Assembly (NCBI GenBank): GCA_963708025.1
Contig: CAVPSB010000032.1
Coordinates: forward strand, 288,001-352,000
Reading direction: 5' to 3'
DNA: 64,000 nt
Source of the DNA: an uncultured Candidatus Rokubacteria bacterium
GTDB taxonomy: Bacteria > Methylomirabilota > Methylomirabilia > Rokubacteriales > DASRDR01
The first letter of the stretch is position 1. Each line of letters starts with the position of its first letter. The position numbers were made by a program, and so were the translations under genes. This document shows positions 1 through 11,194 of the stretch, in pieces. The notes under the pieces are model-generated. The model saw only the letters and a program-made list of their open reading frames with translations. It was not told where the DNA came from and did no database searches.

Positions 1-913
1 CGACGCCGGACGGCAGCAGGCTCTTTCCCCCCTCGACCAGCGCCCGCCGAGCGCCGGAGTCCACCTCGAGGATGCCCTGGGCCGGGATCGCGAAGGCGAT
101 CCACCGCTTCCGCGCCGTCAGCCGGTCGTCGCGCGGCTTGAAGTAGGTGCCGAGCGGCTCGCCCCCGAGGACCGCCTGCAGGACGCCGGGCCGGCGGCCG
201 TCGGCGATGACCATCGGGATGCCCGCCGCCATCGCCTTCTGGGCCGCCTGCAGCTTCGTCACCATGCCGCCGGTCCCGAGCGGGCCCTGCGCCCCCGCCA
301 GCCGCTCCAGCTCGGGGGTGATCGCCTCGACAGTCTCGATACGCCGCGCCGCCGGATCCCGGTTCGGGTCGCCGGTGTAGAGGCCGTCGGTGTCGCTGAG
401 CAGGACCAGGAGGTCGGCTTCGATCAGGTAGGCGACGAGAGCGGCCAGGTTGTCGTTGTCCCCGACCTTGATCTCTTCCACCGCCACGGTGTCGTTCTCG
501 TTGATGATCGGCAGCACACCGTATCCGAGCAGGGTCAGCAGCGTGTTGCGCGCGTTCAGGTAGCGCCTCCGGTCGCTGACGTCCTCCCCGGTGAGGAGAA
601 TCTGGGCCACGCGCCGCCCGTGGGCGGCGAAGGCCTGCTCGTAATGCCACATGAGGGCCACCTGGCCGGCGGCGGCCGCGGCCTGCTTCTCCGGGATCGA
701 CCGCGGCCGCTCCTTGAGGCCGAGGCGGGCGGTGCCTGACGCGATCGCTCCGGACGAGACGAGGGCCACCTCCAGTGGCCGGGCGGTGATCGCCGCCAGC
801 TCCGCCGCCAGCCGCCCGATCCGCGCCGGATCGGGCCCGAGGCGGGCCTCGGCCACCAGGCCGCTGCCGACCTTGACCACGAGCCGCCGGATCGGGGGGA
901 GCTGTCGGGTCAT
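1..913 (-). CDS. proB: Glutamate 5-kinase (3' end beyond window)
   Basis: Manual translation from ATG at 913: MTRQLPPIRRLVVKVGSG..., with SSGAI, INENDTVAVEEIKVGDNDNL and GTGGMVTKL motifs and the start of a PUA domain; canonical position downstream of obg. Confidence 0.93.
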   Translation of the reverse strand, partial: MTRQLPPIRRLVVKVGSGLVAEARLGPDPARIGRLAAELAAITARPLEVALVSSGAIASGTARLGLKERPRSIPEKQAAAAAGQVALMWHYEQAFAAHGRRVAQILLTGEDVSDRRRYLNARNTLLTLLGYGVLPIINENDTVAVEEIKVGDNDNLAALVAYLIEADLLVLLSDTDGLYTGDPNRDPAARRIETVEAITPELERLAGAQGPLGTGGMVTKLQAAQKAMAAGIPMVIADGRRPGVLQAVLGGEPLGTYFKPRDDRLTARKRWIAFAIPAQGILEVDSGARRALVEGGKSLLPSGV

Positions 914-980
914 CCCGTCGCCCGGGCCGGACGCGCGGGCCGGATCTGATCTTCAGGGGCGACACACGGGAGCAGTCGGG

Positions 981-2036
<1,056 letters not shown>

Positions 2037-2094
2037 TCAGGGCGCTCGGCCGATCGGGTTTCCGGGGCGGCCGCCGGGACGCGGCCGCCCGCGC

Positions 2095-2352
2095 TCAGCC
2101 GGCCGAGGGGAGGACGCTGACGAACCGGCGGCCGGCCCGCTCGTCGAAGCGGACCACGCCGGCGGTCTTGGCGAACAGCGTGAAGTCCACCCCGAGGCCG
2201 ACGTTGGTGCCGGGACGGAACCGGGTGCCCCGCTGGCGGACCAGGATCGAGCCCGCCGTGACCACCTGGCCGCCGAACCGCTTGACCCCCAGCATCTTGG
2301 GCTGGCTGTCCCGTCCGTTCCGGGAGCTGCCGACGCCCTTCTTGTGTGCCAT
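2095..2352 (-). CDS. rpmA: 50S ribosomal protein L27
   Basis: [16 protein letters not shown]...RQRGT signature. Confidence 0.98.
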   Translation of the reverse strand: MAHKKGVGSSRNGRDSQPKMLGVKRFGGQVVTAGSILVRQRGTRFRPGTNVGLGVDFTLFAKTAGVVRFDERAGRRFVSVLPSAG

Positions 2353-2377
2353 GGTCTCGCTCTCCGTGGTGATCGAT

Positions 2378-2701
2378 TCAGCCGCCGGCCTCGATGCGCG
2401 TGATCCGGACGGCGGTGTAGTCCTGACGATGCCCCTTGCGGCGCGTGTAGTTCTTCCGGCGCTTGAACTTCAGGACGATGACCTTGCGACCGCGACCGGC
2501 GCGCACCACCTGCCCGACGACCCGGGCACCGGCCAGCGCCGCCGGCTCGACGACGGGTCCGCCGTCACCCTGGAGATAGGCGACCTGGGTGAACTCGACC
2601 GTGGCCCCCTGCTCCGCCGGCAGCCGCTCGAGGCGGACCACCTCACCCTCGCGGACCCGGTACTGCTTTCCACCCGTGACGATCACCGCCTCCACGCCCA
2701 C
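2378..2701 (-). CDS. rplU: 50S ribosomal protein L21
   Basis: TGGKQYRV...[13 protein letters not shown] signature; GGAGG upstream (start may be GTG at 2695). Confidence 0.96.
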   Translation of the reverse strand: MGVEAVIVTGGKQYRVREGEVVRLERLPAEQGATVEFTQVAYLQGDGGPVVEPAALAGARVVGQVVRAGRGRKVIVLKFKRRKNYTRRKGHRQDYTAVRITRIEAGG

Positions 2702-2762
2702 ACCTCCATGGCTTCTCTGCGATCACAATCGGAAGCCCTGATTTCACCACAGCCGGTCCCCG

Positions 2763-3593
2763 ATGTCAACGCGCGCGTGGTACGATCGGCGCGTGAGACG
2801 CGCTCCGATCGCCCTCCTCTCGGGCGCCGTGGCCCTCCTGCTCGTCCTGGCGCTCCCCGGCGTCCGCGCCGGGACGGCTCACGCGCTCGGTCTCCTGGCG
2901 GCCGGCGATCTCGGCGGTCTCCGCGAGTATCTCCGCGGCTTCGGACTCTGGGCCCCGCTCGTCTCGGCCGCGCTCATGCAGGTCCAGGCGGTCATCGCGC
3001 CGCTCCCGTCGTTCCCCCTCATGTACGCCAACGGGCTGCTCTTCGGCACGCTCTGGGGGGGCCTCCTGTCCTGGACGAGCATCCTGGTCTCCGCGATGGT
3101 CTGCTTCGGTCTGGCGCGCCTCTTCGGCCGGCCCCTCGTCGAGCGCATGGTGAGCCCGGCCGCCCTCACCCGGGCCGACCGCCACCTCGCGCGACTCGGT
3201 CCGCTCGCCCTCTTCGTGGCCCGGCTGATCCCCCTGACCTCGTTCGACCTCCTGAGCTACGCGGCGGGCCTGACCTCGATGCGCCTCGGCCCCTTCTGCC
3301 TGGCGACCGGGCTCGGGATGGCCCCGGCCATCTTCCTGACCGCGGCCGCCGCCGATCTCGGCTGGCACTCGCCGTGGGCGCTCCTCGCGGCGATCCTGGG
3401 GATCGCCGCCGTGGCCGGGTTGGTGGTCCTCGTCCGCCCGCGGGTGGCCCGTCGGCTCGGCGGCCAGCCGGCTGGTGCGACGCCCCCTCGAGACCCCCGA
3501 GCGGCCCCCTTCGGAGGCCGCGGCAATGCTGCGGCTCGGAACGGCGCCGCGGTCGGTGATCCTAGAGTCCTTGACGCGCCAAAGTCATGGTAG
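2763..3593 (+). CDS. TVP38/TMEM64 (DedA superfamily, VTT domain) membrane protein
   Basis: Hydrophobic protein with APLP..PL..ANGLLFG..WG and [17 protein letters not shown] motifs; start uncertain, and the C-terminal tail runs into palindromic sequence. Confidence 0.85.
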   Translation: MSTRAWYDRRVRRAPIALLSGAVALLLVLALPGVRAGTAHALGLLAAGDLGGLREYLRGFGLWAPLVSAALMQVQAVIAPLPSFPLMYANGLLFGTLWGGLLSWTSILVSAMVCFGLARLFGRPLVERMVSPAALTRADRHLARLGPLALFVARLIPLTSFDLLSYAAGLTSMRLGPFCLATGLGMAPAIFLTAAAADLGWHSPWALLAAILGIAAVAGLVVLVRPRVARRLGGQPAGATPPRDPRAAPFGGRGNAAARNGAAVGDPRVLDAPKSW

Positions 3594-3610
3594 ATGAGTC
3601 AAGTTCTCGG

Positions 3611-3734
3611 GGGCGGGGCCGAGGAGCGAGCAGCGCTAGGACGCAGGGAGTCGCCGACCGCAGGCGTACTCCGAGTACGCCGAGGATCGGCGACGACCGA
3701 GGACGACGCGATGCGACGCTCATCGGCCCCGCCC
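3611..3734. repeat. Palindromic intergenic repeat family A, copy 1 (MITE/REP-like)
   Basis: 69-bp core 3639-3707 is identical to 12829-12897 and similar to the inverted copy within 40482-40662; ends GGGCGGGGCCGA / TCGGCCCCGCCC are inverted repeats. Confidence 0.85.
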
Positions 3735-3735
3735 G

Positions 3736-4347
3736 CTAGGCCGTGCGGCCGAAGTACTCCGCCAAGCGCTGGCGCAGGAAGAGCCGCGAGCGGTGGACCC
3801 GGGACTTCACGGCCGGGAGGCTGATGCCGAGCAACTCCCCGACCTCGGGGTTCGACACCCCCTCCATGTCGTGGAGCACGAAGGCCGTCCGGTAGTCCGG
3901 CGGGAGGCTGTCGATCGCCTCCCGGAGCCGCTCCCGGGCCTCCCCCTGGAGGGCAGGGTCCTCGAAGGCCTGGGTCCAGTCCCGGACGGGCTCGGCAAAG
4001 TGACCGTCGGCGTCGAAGGAGGGCAGGAGAGTCTCCCAGGACACCTCGTCCCGGCCCCGCCGGCCGCGGAGCTTCTGGTAGGCGGCGTTCGCCGTGATCC
4101 GGTAGATCCAGCTCCCGAGCGCGGACTCGCCTTTGAAGGTGTCGATCTTCCGGGAGACGGTCCACATGACGTCCTGGGTCACTTCCTGGGCATCCTCCGG
4201 ATTCCCGGTGATCCGCAACGCAAGCCGGTACGTCTTCGGGGCGAATCGAGCCACCAGCTCCTCGACGGCCTCGGGCCGGCGGTCGAGCAGCGACTGCTGC
4301 AACTGCTCGTCCGACCACTCGGTTGTCGGCGTCACGGGTCGTGCCAT
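3736..4347 (-). CDS. ECF sigma-70 family RNA polymerase sigma factor
   Basis: Region 2 (DAQEVTQDV..FKGES.LGSWIYRIT.N) and region 4 (LPPDYRTAFVLHDMEG.SNPEVGELLGISLPAVKSRVHR). Confidence 0.92.
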   Translation of the reverse strand: MARPVTPTTEWSDEQLQQSLLDRRPEAVEELVARFAPKTYRLALRITGNPEDAQEVTQDVMWTVSRKIDTFKGESALGSWIYRITANAAYQKLRGRRGRDEVSWETLLPSFDADGHFAEPVRDWTQAFEDPALQGEARERLREAIDSLPPDYRTAFVLHDMEGVSNPEVGELLGISLPAVKSRVHRSRLFLRQRLAEYFGRTA

Positions 4348-4696
4348 GGGGCAATCCGCCCGGTCCCAGGATCCCACCGTCCGCCGCCGGACCGGCCGGG
4401 ATCCCCGCCGCCTGCCCGGGCAAGGGACGCGCTCAGCTTCGAGCGTCGACGGGTCCGGCGTCTCGGGCAGGCCGGGAACCCTGTGGGCGTGAATGTCCTA
4501 GGTACCACGGCCGACCGACCCGGTCAAGCGCGCCGGCATCTGCATCTACCCGGCCCGCCGGCGCTCGCTTGACACTGACCGCGCCCTCGGGTAGTCGTGG
4601 GGAAGGGTTCATCTGCCAGGCTGCGGTCCCGCGAGCGGGGCCGCCTGAATGGCCCACGGGGCGATCGCGTCGGAACGGGACGAGGACGGTCAGACC

Positions 4697-5023
4697 ATGC
4701 GGACTCGATGGATTCGCGCGATGCTCGCTACGCTGCTCCTGGGTCTCGGTAGTGCTCACCCGATCGGCCTCGGGGGGGCGCCGGCGCTCGCCCAGGAGCT
4801 GGCCCCTCAGCCCCCTCCGCCTCCCCAGGTGGAGTCGCCTGGCCCCCCGCCCAGCCCGAACGCCGTGTGGATCGCCGGACACTGGCTCTGGCGAGGCGGC
4901 CGGTACGACTGGGTGGCCGGGCGGTGGGAGAACGCCCTCCCCGGGGCGTCCTACATCCCGGGCCGGCACAAGCAGACGGGGCAGGGGTGGGTCTGGGAGC
5001 CCGGCCGTTGGCGCAAGCCCTAG
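4697..5023 (+). CDS. Secreted YXWGXW/WXXGXW-repeat protein
   Basis: Signal peptide, Pro-rich stretch, repeats WIAGHW, WVAGRW, WEPGRW. Confidence 0.8.
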   Translation: MRTRWIRAMLATLLLGLGSAHPIGLGGAPALAQELAPQPPPPPQVESPGPPPSPNAVWIAGHWLWRGGRYDWVAGRWENALPGASYIPGRHKQTGQGWVWEPGRWRKP

Positions 5024-5082
5024 CGGCGCGGGCCCCGGCGCCAGGCCCTGCGCCGCCATGACGGCGCCACGAATAGATCGGG

Positions 5083-6489
5083 CTAGAACAGGGGGGTGGC
5101 GGCGCGGAGGGCGGTGTCGAGGAGCGGGCGCGGGTAGAGGCCGAGGAGCACGATGGCGAGCGCGCTGACGAGGATCACGAGGGCGAGAGCCGGCGGCACC
5201 GAAACCGGCGTCGTCGTGACGGGCGGGTCGATGTACATCTGCTTGGCGACGAGCAGATAGTAGAAGAGGGCCACCACGGTCAGCACGGCACCGAGCAGCA
5301 CCAGCCCGTAAAGGCGCGCCTCCGCCGCCGCCCAGAAGACGTAGAGCTTCGCCCAGAAGCCCACCACGAAGGGGATCCCGCCCAGCGAGAGCAGGAAGAG
5401 CAGCATGGCCAGCGCCAGGAGCGGCGAGCGCTGGGCCAGCCCCCGGAACGCGGCAACGCCGGTCGATCCCTCGGCCTGGGCCACCGCCTCGACGACCAGG
5501 AAGGCCCCCATGTTCGCGAAGACGTAGGCGACCAGGTAGAAGAGGACGACGGCGACGCCGAACGGGCTCACCGCCGCCACCCCGAGCAGCATGTAGCCGA
5601 TGTGGGCGATGCCCGAGTAGGCGAGGAGCCGCTTGAGGTTCGTCTGGGGCAGCGCCATGAGGTTGCCGGCGACCATGGTGATCGCCGCCAGCGCGGCGGC
5701 CAGGGGCACCCAGACGGCCGCCCGGTCGCCGGCTCCCTCGAGGAAGACCCGGACGATGACGGCGAAGCCCGCGGCCTTGGGCGCCACCGAGAGCCAGGCG
5801 ACGAACGGCGTGGAGGCCGCCTCGTAGGTGTCGGGCACCCACATGTGGAAGGGGAAGGCCGCGATCTTGAACCCGAGGCCCGCCAGGACCAGGATGAAGC
5901 CGAGGACGAGGACCGGGTTGCCGGCGCCGAGGGCTCGGACGAGCTCGGGTACCATCGTCGTGCCGGTGGCGCCGTAGAGGAACGACAGACCATAGGCCAG
6001 GATCGCCGTGGACAGGCTCCCGACCAGGAAGAACTTCAGTCCCGCCTCCACCGCCAGCTCCTCGCGCTTGTCGAAGGCCGCCAGCACGTAGAGCGGGATC
6101 GACATCAGCTCGAAGGCGACGAAGAGCAGCACCAGCTCCCGGGCCGACGCCAGGAGCAGCATGCCGAGGAGCGAGGCCAGGATCAGGAGGTGGTACTCCG
6201 GCGCCCGCCGGTGGAACGCGGGCTGGCGGAGCGCCAGCCCGCCGACCACCCCGAGCAGCGTCGCCAGCACGAAGACCTGCTTGAAGAAGCGGGCCAGCCC
6301 GTTGACGACGTAGGCGCCCTCGAACAGGGCCCCGCGCGCGTCGAAGAGGACCGAGAGCGCCAGCAGGCCGGCCAGGCCCACCGCCGTGACGACCCCCGCC
6401 TCCCGCCGGCGGGCCGGACCCGCCACCAGACCCAGCCCGAGGACGACCAGCATGAGCCCGGCCAGCGTCAGCTCGAGCGTGAGCAGCAT
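5083..6489 (-). CDS. nuoN: NADH-quinone oxidoreductase subunit N
   Basis: C-terminal 468 aa of the long ORF; EAGLKFF, GFKIAAFPFHMWVPDTYE and KRLLAYSGIAH motifs; start overlaps nuoM stop. Confidence 0.93.
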   Translation of the reverse strand: MLLTLELTLAGLMLVVLGLGLVAGPARRREAGVVTAVGLAGLLALSVLFDARGALFEGAYVVNGLARFFKQVFVLATLLGVVGGLALRQPAFHRRAPEYHLLILASLLGMLLLASARELVLLFVAFELMSIPLYVLAAFDKREELAVEAGLKFFLVGSLSTAILAYGLSFLYGATGTTMVPELVRALGAGNPVLVLGFILVLAGLGFKIAAFPFHMWVPDTYEAASTPFVAWLSVAPKAAGFAVIVRVFLEGAGDRAAVWVPLAAALAAITMVAGNLMALPQTNLKRLLAYSGIAHIGYMLLGVAAVSPFGVAVVLFYLVAYVFANMGAFLVVEAVAQAEGSTGVAAFRGLAQRSPLLALAMLLFLLSLGGIPFVVGFWAKLYVFWAAAEARLYGLVLLGAVLTVVALFYYLLVAKQMYIDPPVTTTPVSVPPALALVILVSALAIVLLGLYPRPLLDTALRAATPLF

Positions 6490-8027
6490 CACGGCAGCAC
6501 GCCCAGCCGATCCAGCAGCGCGACCGTGGCCCGGTCGACGGGGACGAGAGCCAGGGCCGGGACGAGCCCGAAGAGGACGAGGATCGCGGAGAGGAAGACC
6601 AGGCTGAACCACTCCGGCCCCCGGGCGTCGCCGAGGTGCGCGTACTCGGCCTCTGCCAGCGGGCCCCAGAAGATCCGCCGCGCCACTCGGAGCACGTAGA
6701 TCGCCGTCAGGAAGGTGCCGGCCACCGCCGGGAAGAGCCACCACCGGTACGGCGACTGCCAGGCGCCGAGGAAGGTCAGGATCTCCGCGACGAACCCCGA
6801 GAGGCCGGGCAGCCCCAGCGAGGACAGGGCGCCCAGCGTGAACGCGGCGGCGATGCCCGGCATCCGGCGTCCGAAGCCGCCCATCCGGCCGATCTCCCGG
6901 GTGTGCGCCTTCTCGTAGATGAGGCCGACCAGGGCGAAGAAGAGTCCGGTCATGATCCCGTGGGCGAACATCTGGAAGACCGAGCCGTTCAGCCCCGCCT
7001 CCGTCAGCGTGGCCGCCCCCAGCATCACGATCCCCATGTGGGAGACCGAGGAGTAGGCGACGACGTATTTCAGGTCGGTCTGGGCCATCGCCGAGAGGGC
7101 GCCGTACACGATGTTGACGACGGCGATCGTGCCCATCAGCGGGGCCCACTCGACGGTCCCTTCCGGCAGGAGACCCATCGCGACCCGGACGATGCCGTAG
7201 GCGCCGAGCTTCATCAGCACCCCGGCGTGCAGCATCGACACGGCGGTTGGCGCCGACGCGTGGCCGTCGGGCGACCAGGTGTGGAGCGGCCAGATGCCGG
7301 CCAGGATCCCGAAGCCCACGTACAGCGCCAGGAAGACCCAGCGCTGGACCACGGGGTCGAACTCCGCCTGCTGGAGCGTCAGCAGCGAGAAGGACCGGGT
7401 GCCGGCCGCGAAGTAGAGCACGAAGATGCCGACCAGGATGAACGCCGACCCGAAGAGCAGGTACAGGGTCAGCTTCATGGCCGCGTATTCCTTCGTCCCG
7501 ACGCCCGTCGCCCGGAACGCCCACGCGAAGGGGCCTCGGGGGAGGACCCGGCCGGTCGAGCCCCAGATCCCGATCAGGAGGTACATCGGGAGGACGGCCA
7601 GCTCGTAGAAGAGGAAGAAGACGAAGAGGTCGAGCGAGACGAAGACCCCGAAGACGCCGGTGACCAGCGTGAGCAGGAGCGCGTAGAACTCCTGGTCCCG
7701 CTCCCGGACGGTCCAGGAGGCGAAGACGCCGGCGAAGATGATGATCGCGGTGAGCAGGATCAGGAGCACCGACATCCCGTCCGCCCCCAGCTCGATCGCC
7801 ACGCCGAGGGTGGGGACCAGGGAGTAACGCTCGTAGAACTGGAAGCCGCCGGTGGAGACCTGATAGGCGCCGTAGACGTAGAGCGACAGCGCGAGCGAGA
7901 TGCCGGTGGTCACCACCGCGATGCCGCGCACCGCCGCCGGTCGCCGGCGGGCGGTGAACATGATCAGGACCGCGCCGACGAACGGAGCGGCGGTGATGAG
8001 CGAGAGGACCGGCCAGCTCCCGGTCAT
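6489..8027 (-). CDS. nuoM: NADH-quinone oxidoreductase subunit M
   Basis: FFLFYELAVLPMYLLIGIWG, PLHTWSPDGHASAPT, MKLGAYG, AYSSVSHMG; ATG at 8027. Confidence 0.93.
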   Translation of the reverse strand: MTGSWPVLSLITAAPFVGAVLIMFTARRRPAAVRGIAVVTTGISLALSLYVYGAYQVSTGGFQFYERYSLVPTLGVAIELGADGMSVLLILLTAIIIFAGVFASWTVRERDQEFYALLLTLVTGVFGVFVSLDLFVFFLFYELAVLPMYLLIGIWGSTGRVLPRGPFAWAFRATGVGTKEYAAMKLTLYLLFGSAFILVGIFVLYFAAGTRSFSLLTLQQAEFDPVVQRWVFLALYVGFGILAGIWPLHTWSPDGHASAPTAVSMLHAGVLMKLGAYGIVRVAMGLLPEGTVEWAPLMGTIAVVNIVYGALSAMAQTDLKYVVAYSSVSHMGIVMLGAATLTEAGLNGSVFQMFAHGIMTGLFFALVGLIYEKAHTREIGRMGGFGRRMPGIAAAFTLGALSSLGLPGLSGFVAEILTFLGAWQSPYRWWLFPAVAGTFLTAIYVLRVARRIFWGPLAEAEYAHLGDARGPEWFSLVFLSAILVLFGLVPALALVPVDRATVALLDRLGVLP

Positions 8028-8033
8028 ATCCAA

Positions 8034-8197
8034 TAGGGGGGGGAGTCCCAACCACTCCCCCCCTAGACCCCCCCACCTGGGGGTTACGCCCCCCCACCTG
8101 GGGGTTACGCTCCCCCACCTGGGGGTTACGCCCCGTCCCCCACCTGGGGGTTACGCCCCCCCACCTGGGGGTTACGCCCCCCCACCTGGGGGTTACG
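8034..8197. repeat. Hairpin followed by six tandem copies of a ~21-bp unit CCCCCCCACCTGGGGGTTACG
   Basis: Units at 8068, 8089, 8110, 8137 (shortened), 8156 and 8177; preceded by inverted repeat TA-G8-AGT / ACT-C7-TA. Confidence 0.92.
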
Positions 8198-8240
8198 GTC
8201 TGTCTGAAGCGGTGCGTGCCATGCTGACGGCCGGATCGGC

Positions 8241-10139
8241 TCACCAGGCGCTCCAGATCACCACCAGCAGCAGGAAGCCGGCCGCGACGCCGTAGAGGTA
8301 GTCCTGGGCCCGACCGGTCTGCAGCCGCCGCAGCCCGGCCCCGGCCTGGAGGGTCCACGCGCTCGCCACGTTCACCAGGCCGTCCACCAGGTAGCGATCG
8401 ATCCACCCCACCACGCGCGCCGTCGCGAGGACGACCCCCCGGTACAGCGCCGCGTAGGCGGCGTCCAGGCCGTACCCCCGATCAGCCGCGGTGGCCAGGG
8501 GCCCGAAGGCGCGCCGGAGGGCGTCCGCGGACAGGATCTGCCGCTGGTACACCGCCCAGGCGCCGACGATCCCGGCCCCGGCGAGGACGACGGACAGGGG
8601 CGCCAGCCAGCCGGGGCCGTGCGGCAGGGCCGCCTGGACGTCCTCGCCGACGAACTGGGCCAGGCTGAGCCCGAGCCGACCGCTGGCTAGGATGCCCGCC
8701 ACGACCGAGAAGATCGCCAGCACCCACAGCGGCCCCAGCATCACCGCCGGTGGGTCGTGGGGATGGCCGGGGGCGGCGCCGGGCCCGAAGAACGCCAGGA
8801 AGATCGCACGGAACATGTAGAAGGCCGTCAGCAGCACGGTCAGCGCGAGCATGAGGAACGGCCCGACCAGGTCGGCCTCCCAGACCCCGGCCAGCACGGC
8901 CTCCTTGGAGAAGAAGCCCGAGAGCGGCGGGATGCCGGCCAGCGCCAGGGCGCCGACCACGAACACGATCGCCGTCTTCGGCATGGCCCGGCCGAGCCGG
9001 CCCATCTCGAAGAGGTCGTTGGTGTGGACGGCGTGGATCACGGCGCCGGCCGCCAGGAAGAGCAAGGCCTTGAAGAAGCCGTGGGTCAGCAGGTGGTAGA
9101 AGCCGGCCACCGGGGCGCCGGCGCCGTGGGCCGCCATCATGTAGCCGAGCTGGGAGACGGTGGAGTAGGCGAGGACGCGCTTGATGTCCCGCTGGACGAG
9201 GGCCAGCGTGGCGGCCAGCAGCGCGGTGAAGGCGCCGATCCAGGCGATGAGGACGAGGAGCTGGGGGACGGCGAAGAACAGGGGGAAGGTGCGCGCCACC
9301 AGGTACACGCCGGCGGTGACCATGGTCGCGGCGTGGATGAGCGCGGAGACCGGCGTCGGGCCCTCCATCGCGTCGGGGAGCCAGATGTGGAGCGGGAACT
9401 GGGCGCTCTTGCCCATGGCGCCGAGATAGATGAGGCCCAGGCAGAGCGCGAGGTACCGCGGCTCGATCACCCCCTGGCCCACCGTCCGGAAGAGCGAGTC
9501 GAAGGCGAACGTCCCGGTCGCGCCCCACAGGAGGACGATGCCCAGCACGAAGCCGACGTCGCCGAGGCGCGTGACCCAGAAGGCCTTGACCGCGGCGGCG
9601 GCCGCCGCCGGCCGCTGGTAGTAATAGCCGATCAGGAGGTAGGAGCAGAGCCCGACCAGCTCCCAGAAGACGAACATCTGGAGGAAGTTCGGCGCGAAGA
9701 CGAGCCCCAGCATCGAGAAGGCGAAGAGCGACTGGTAGAGGTAGTAGCGGCCGAGGCCGGCCGGCGGCTCCTCCGCGAGGTAACCGAGGGAGTAGAGCTG
9801 GACCAGGAACGCGACCAGGGCCACCAGGGCCGCCATCGCGGCGGCCAGCGGGTCCACGTAGACGCCCACGGTCGCCAGGGGCGCCCCCGTCTGCGGCAGC
9901 CAGGGGATCGTGAGCACGCTCTCGCGGCTCGGCCCGGCCCCGACCGCCAGCGACACCGTGACCGTCCGCCAGAGCCCGGCGACGAGCTGGACGGCGGCCA
10001 CGAGGGCGGCGGCCGAGCCGGCCAGCGAGACGACCGCCGCCGCCCGGCCCGCCCGGCGCAGCGGGGGGCAGACCCCGAGCACCAGGGCGGCCAGGAACGG
10101 GCCAGCGACGACCGTCAGGGCCAGGAAGGTCTCGCTCAC
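8241..10139 (-). CDS. nuoL: NADH-quinone oxidoreductase subunit L
   Basis: FWELVGLCSYLLIG, GKSAQFPLHIWLPDAMEGPTPVSALIHAATMV, KRVLAYSTVSQLGYM, C-terminal lateral helix. Confidence 0.95.
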   Translation of the reverse strand: MSETFLALTVVAGPFLAALVLGVCPPLRRAGRAAAVVSLAGSAAALVAAVQLVAGLWRTVTVSLAVGAGPSRESVLTIPWLPQTGAPLATVGVYVDPLAAAMAALVALVAFLVQLYSLGYLAEEPPAGLGRYYLYQSLFAFSMLGLVFAPNFLQMFVFWELVGLCSYLLIGYYYQRPAAAAAAVKAFWVTRLGDVGFVLGIVLLWGATGTFAFDSLFRTVGQGVIEPRYLALCLGLIYLGAMGKSAQFPLHIWLPDAMEGPTPVSALIHAATMVTAGVYLVARTFPLFFAVPQLLVLIAWIGAFTALLAATLALVQRDIKRVLAYSTVSQLGYMMAAHGAGAPVAGFYHLLTHGFFKALLFLAAGAVIHAVHTNDLFEMGRLGRAMPKTAIVFVVGALALAGIPPLSGFFSKEAVLAGVWEADLVGPFLMLALTVLLTAFYMFRAIFLAFFGPGAAPGHPHDPPAVMLGPLWVLAIFSVVAGILASGRLGLSLAQFVGEDVQAALPHGPGWLAPLSVVLAGAGIVGAWAVYQRQILSADALRRAFGPLATAADRGYGLDAAYAALYRGVVLATARVVGWIDRYLVDGLVNVASAWTLQAGAGLRRLQTGRAQDYLYGVAAGFLLLVVIWSAW

Positions 10140-10332
10140 CGGGTTATTCGGGCCGGGGGGGAGCTGCGCGCTCCTCCCCCGGTCCCCCCCTCCGGATGTC
10201 CCCTCGCAAGCGCATCCTCGGCGATTGCTTCAGGGCGCCTCCGGGCCGGGGGGGAGCTGCGCGCTCCTCCCCCGGTCCCCCCCTCCGGATGTCCCGGCGC
10301 TGGCGCAGGTTCGGCGACTCCTTCACCGCTGC
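10140..10332. repeat. Intergenic repeat family B, copy 1 (two internal units)
   Basis: CGGGCCGGGGGGGAGCTGCGCGCTCC...CCCCCCTCCGG occurs twice here and at 14175 and 14994; ends in CCTTCACCGCT. Confidence 0.85.
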
Positions 10333-10629
10333 TCAGCCCCGGAGCAGCGTCAGGTGATCCGCCTCGACGGTCCGGCGGACGCGGAAGATCACGATGACGA
10401 TCGCCAGGCCCACCGCGATCTCGGCGACGGTGATGGCGATCGTGAAGAGCGTCAGGACCCAGCCCGCGACCCCGGCGCCGTAGCGGGCGAAGGCCACGAG
10501 GTTGATGTTGACCGCGTTCAGCATCAGCTCGATGCCGAGCAGGATGCCGACCGCGTTCCGCCGGGTCAGCACGCCGAAGAGCCCGATGGCGAACACCCCG
10601 GCGGCGAGCAGTAGGTACGCCTTCAGCAC
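10333..10629 (-). CDS. nuoK: NADH-quinone oxidoreductase subunit K
   Basis: [21 protein letters not shown]...AEIAVGLAI. Confidence 0.95.
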   Translation of the reverse strand: MLKAYLLLAAGVFAIGLFGVLTRRNAVGILLGIELMLNAVNINLVAFARYGAGVAGWVLTLFTIAITVAEIAVGLAIVIVIFRVRRTVEADHLTLLRG

Positions 10630-10696
10630 GCGCCCTCCCTCGGCAAGGGGCGATGACCGACGCTGCCCGGCCCTCGCCCCGGCCCGATCCCTCGCT

Positions 10697-11194
10697 TCAA
10701 TCCTCCGTGCGCGCGACGTGGACCGCGGCCAGCAGCGCCGCCAGCAACAAGACGCCCAGCACCTCGAACGGCAGCACCCAGTCCGTCAGGAGCGCCCGCC
10801 CCAGCAACTCCGTCGTCGCCGGCCGCCCCGGCCCGGCCGGGGCCACCGGGAGGTGAGCCCGGAGCAAGACCGCGGCGACGGCCGCGAACACCGCCACCGC
10901 GACGACGGCGCCCCAGCCGATCCCCCGATTCATCTGCTGGATGCGCTCGCCGACCAGCCGCTCGGTGAGCATGATGGCGAAGACGACGATGGTCACCACG
11001 CCGCCCGCGTAGAGGAGGACCTGGGCGGCGGCGAGGAACTCGGCGTGGAGCAGGAGGAAGAGCCCCGCCGTGGCCACCAGAGCCAGGGCCAGCCACAGCA
11101 CCGAGTGAAAGAGGTTCCGGGCCAGGACGACCTGCAGGCTCCCGACGAGCAGCAGGACGGCCAGGCCGGCCAGTCCGATCGCCTCGCCGGTCAC
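10697..11194 (-). CDS. nuoJ: NADH-quinone oxidoreductase subunit J
   Basis: [21 protein letters not shown] and [17 protein letters not shown] start overlaps nuoI stop (GTGA). Confidence 0.92.
   Translation of the reverse strand: MTGEAIGLAGLAVLLLVGSLQVVLARNLFHSVLWLALALVATAGLFLLLHAEFLAAAQVLLYAGGVVTIVVFAIMLTERLVGERIQQMNRGIGWGAVVAVAVFAAVAAVLLRAHLPVAPAGPGRPATTELLGRALLTDWVLPFEVLGVLLLAALLAAVHVARTED

Noticed and set aside
4440-4680. Riboswitch (c-di-AMP-like words GGGAACC/GTGAAT and a hairpin at ~4623-4645)
   Set aside because: Only short motif fragments; I could not build the consensus structure. An Rfam/Infernal scan would settle it
8068-8197. CRISPR array
   Set aside because: Units are head-to-tail with no unique spacers and no cas genes are present; it is a minisatellite
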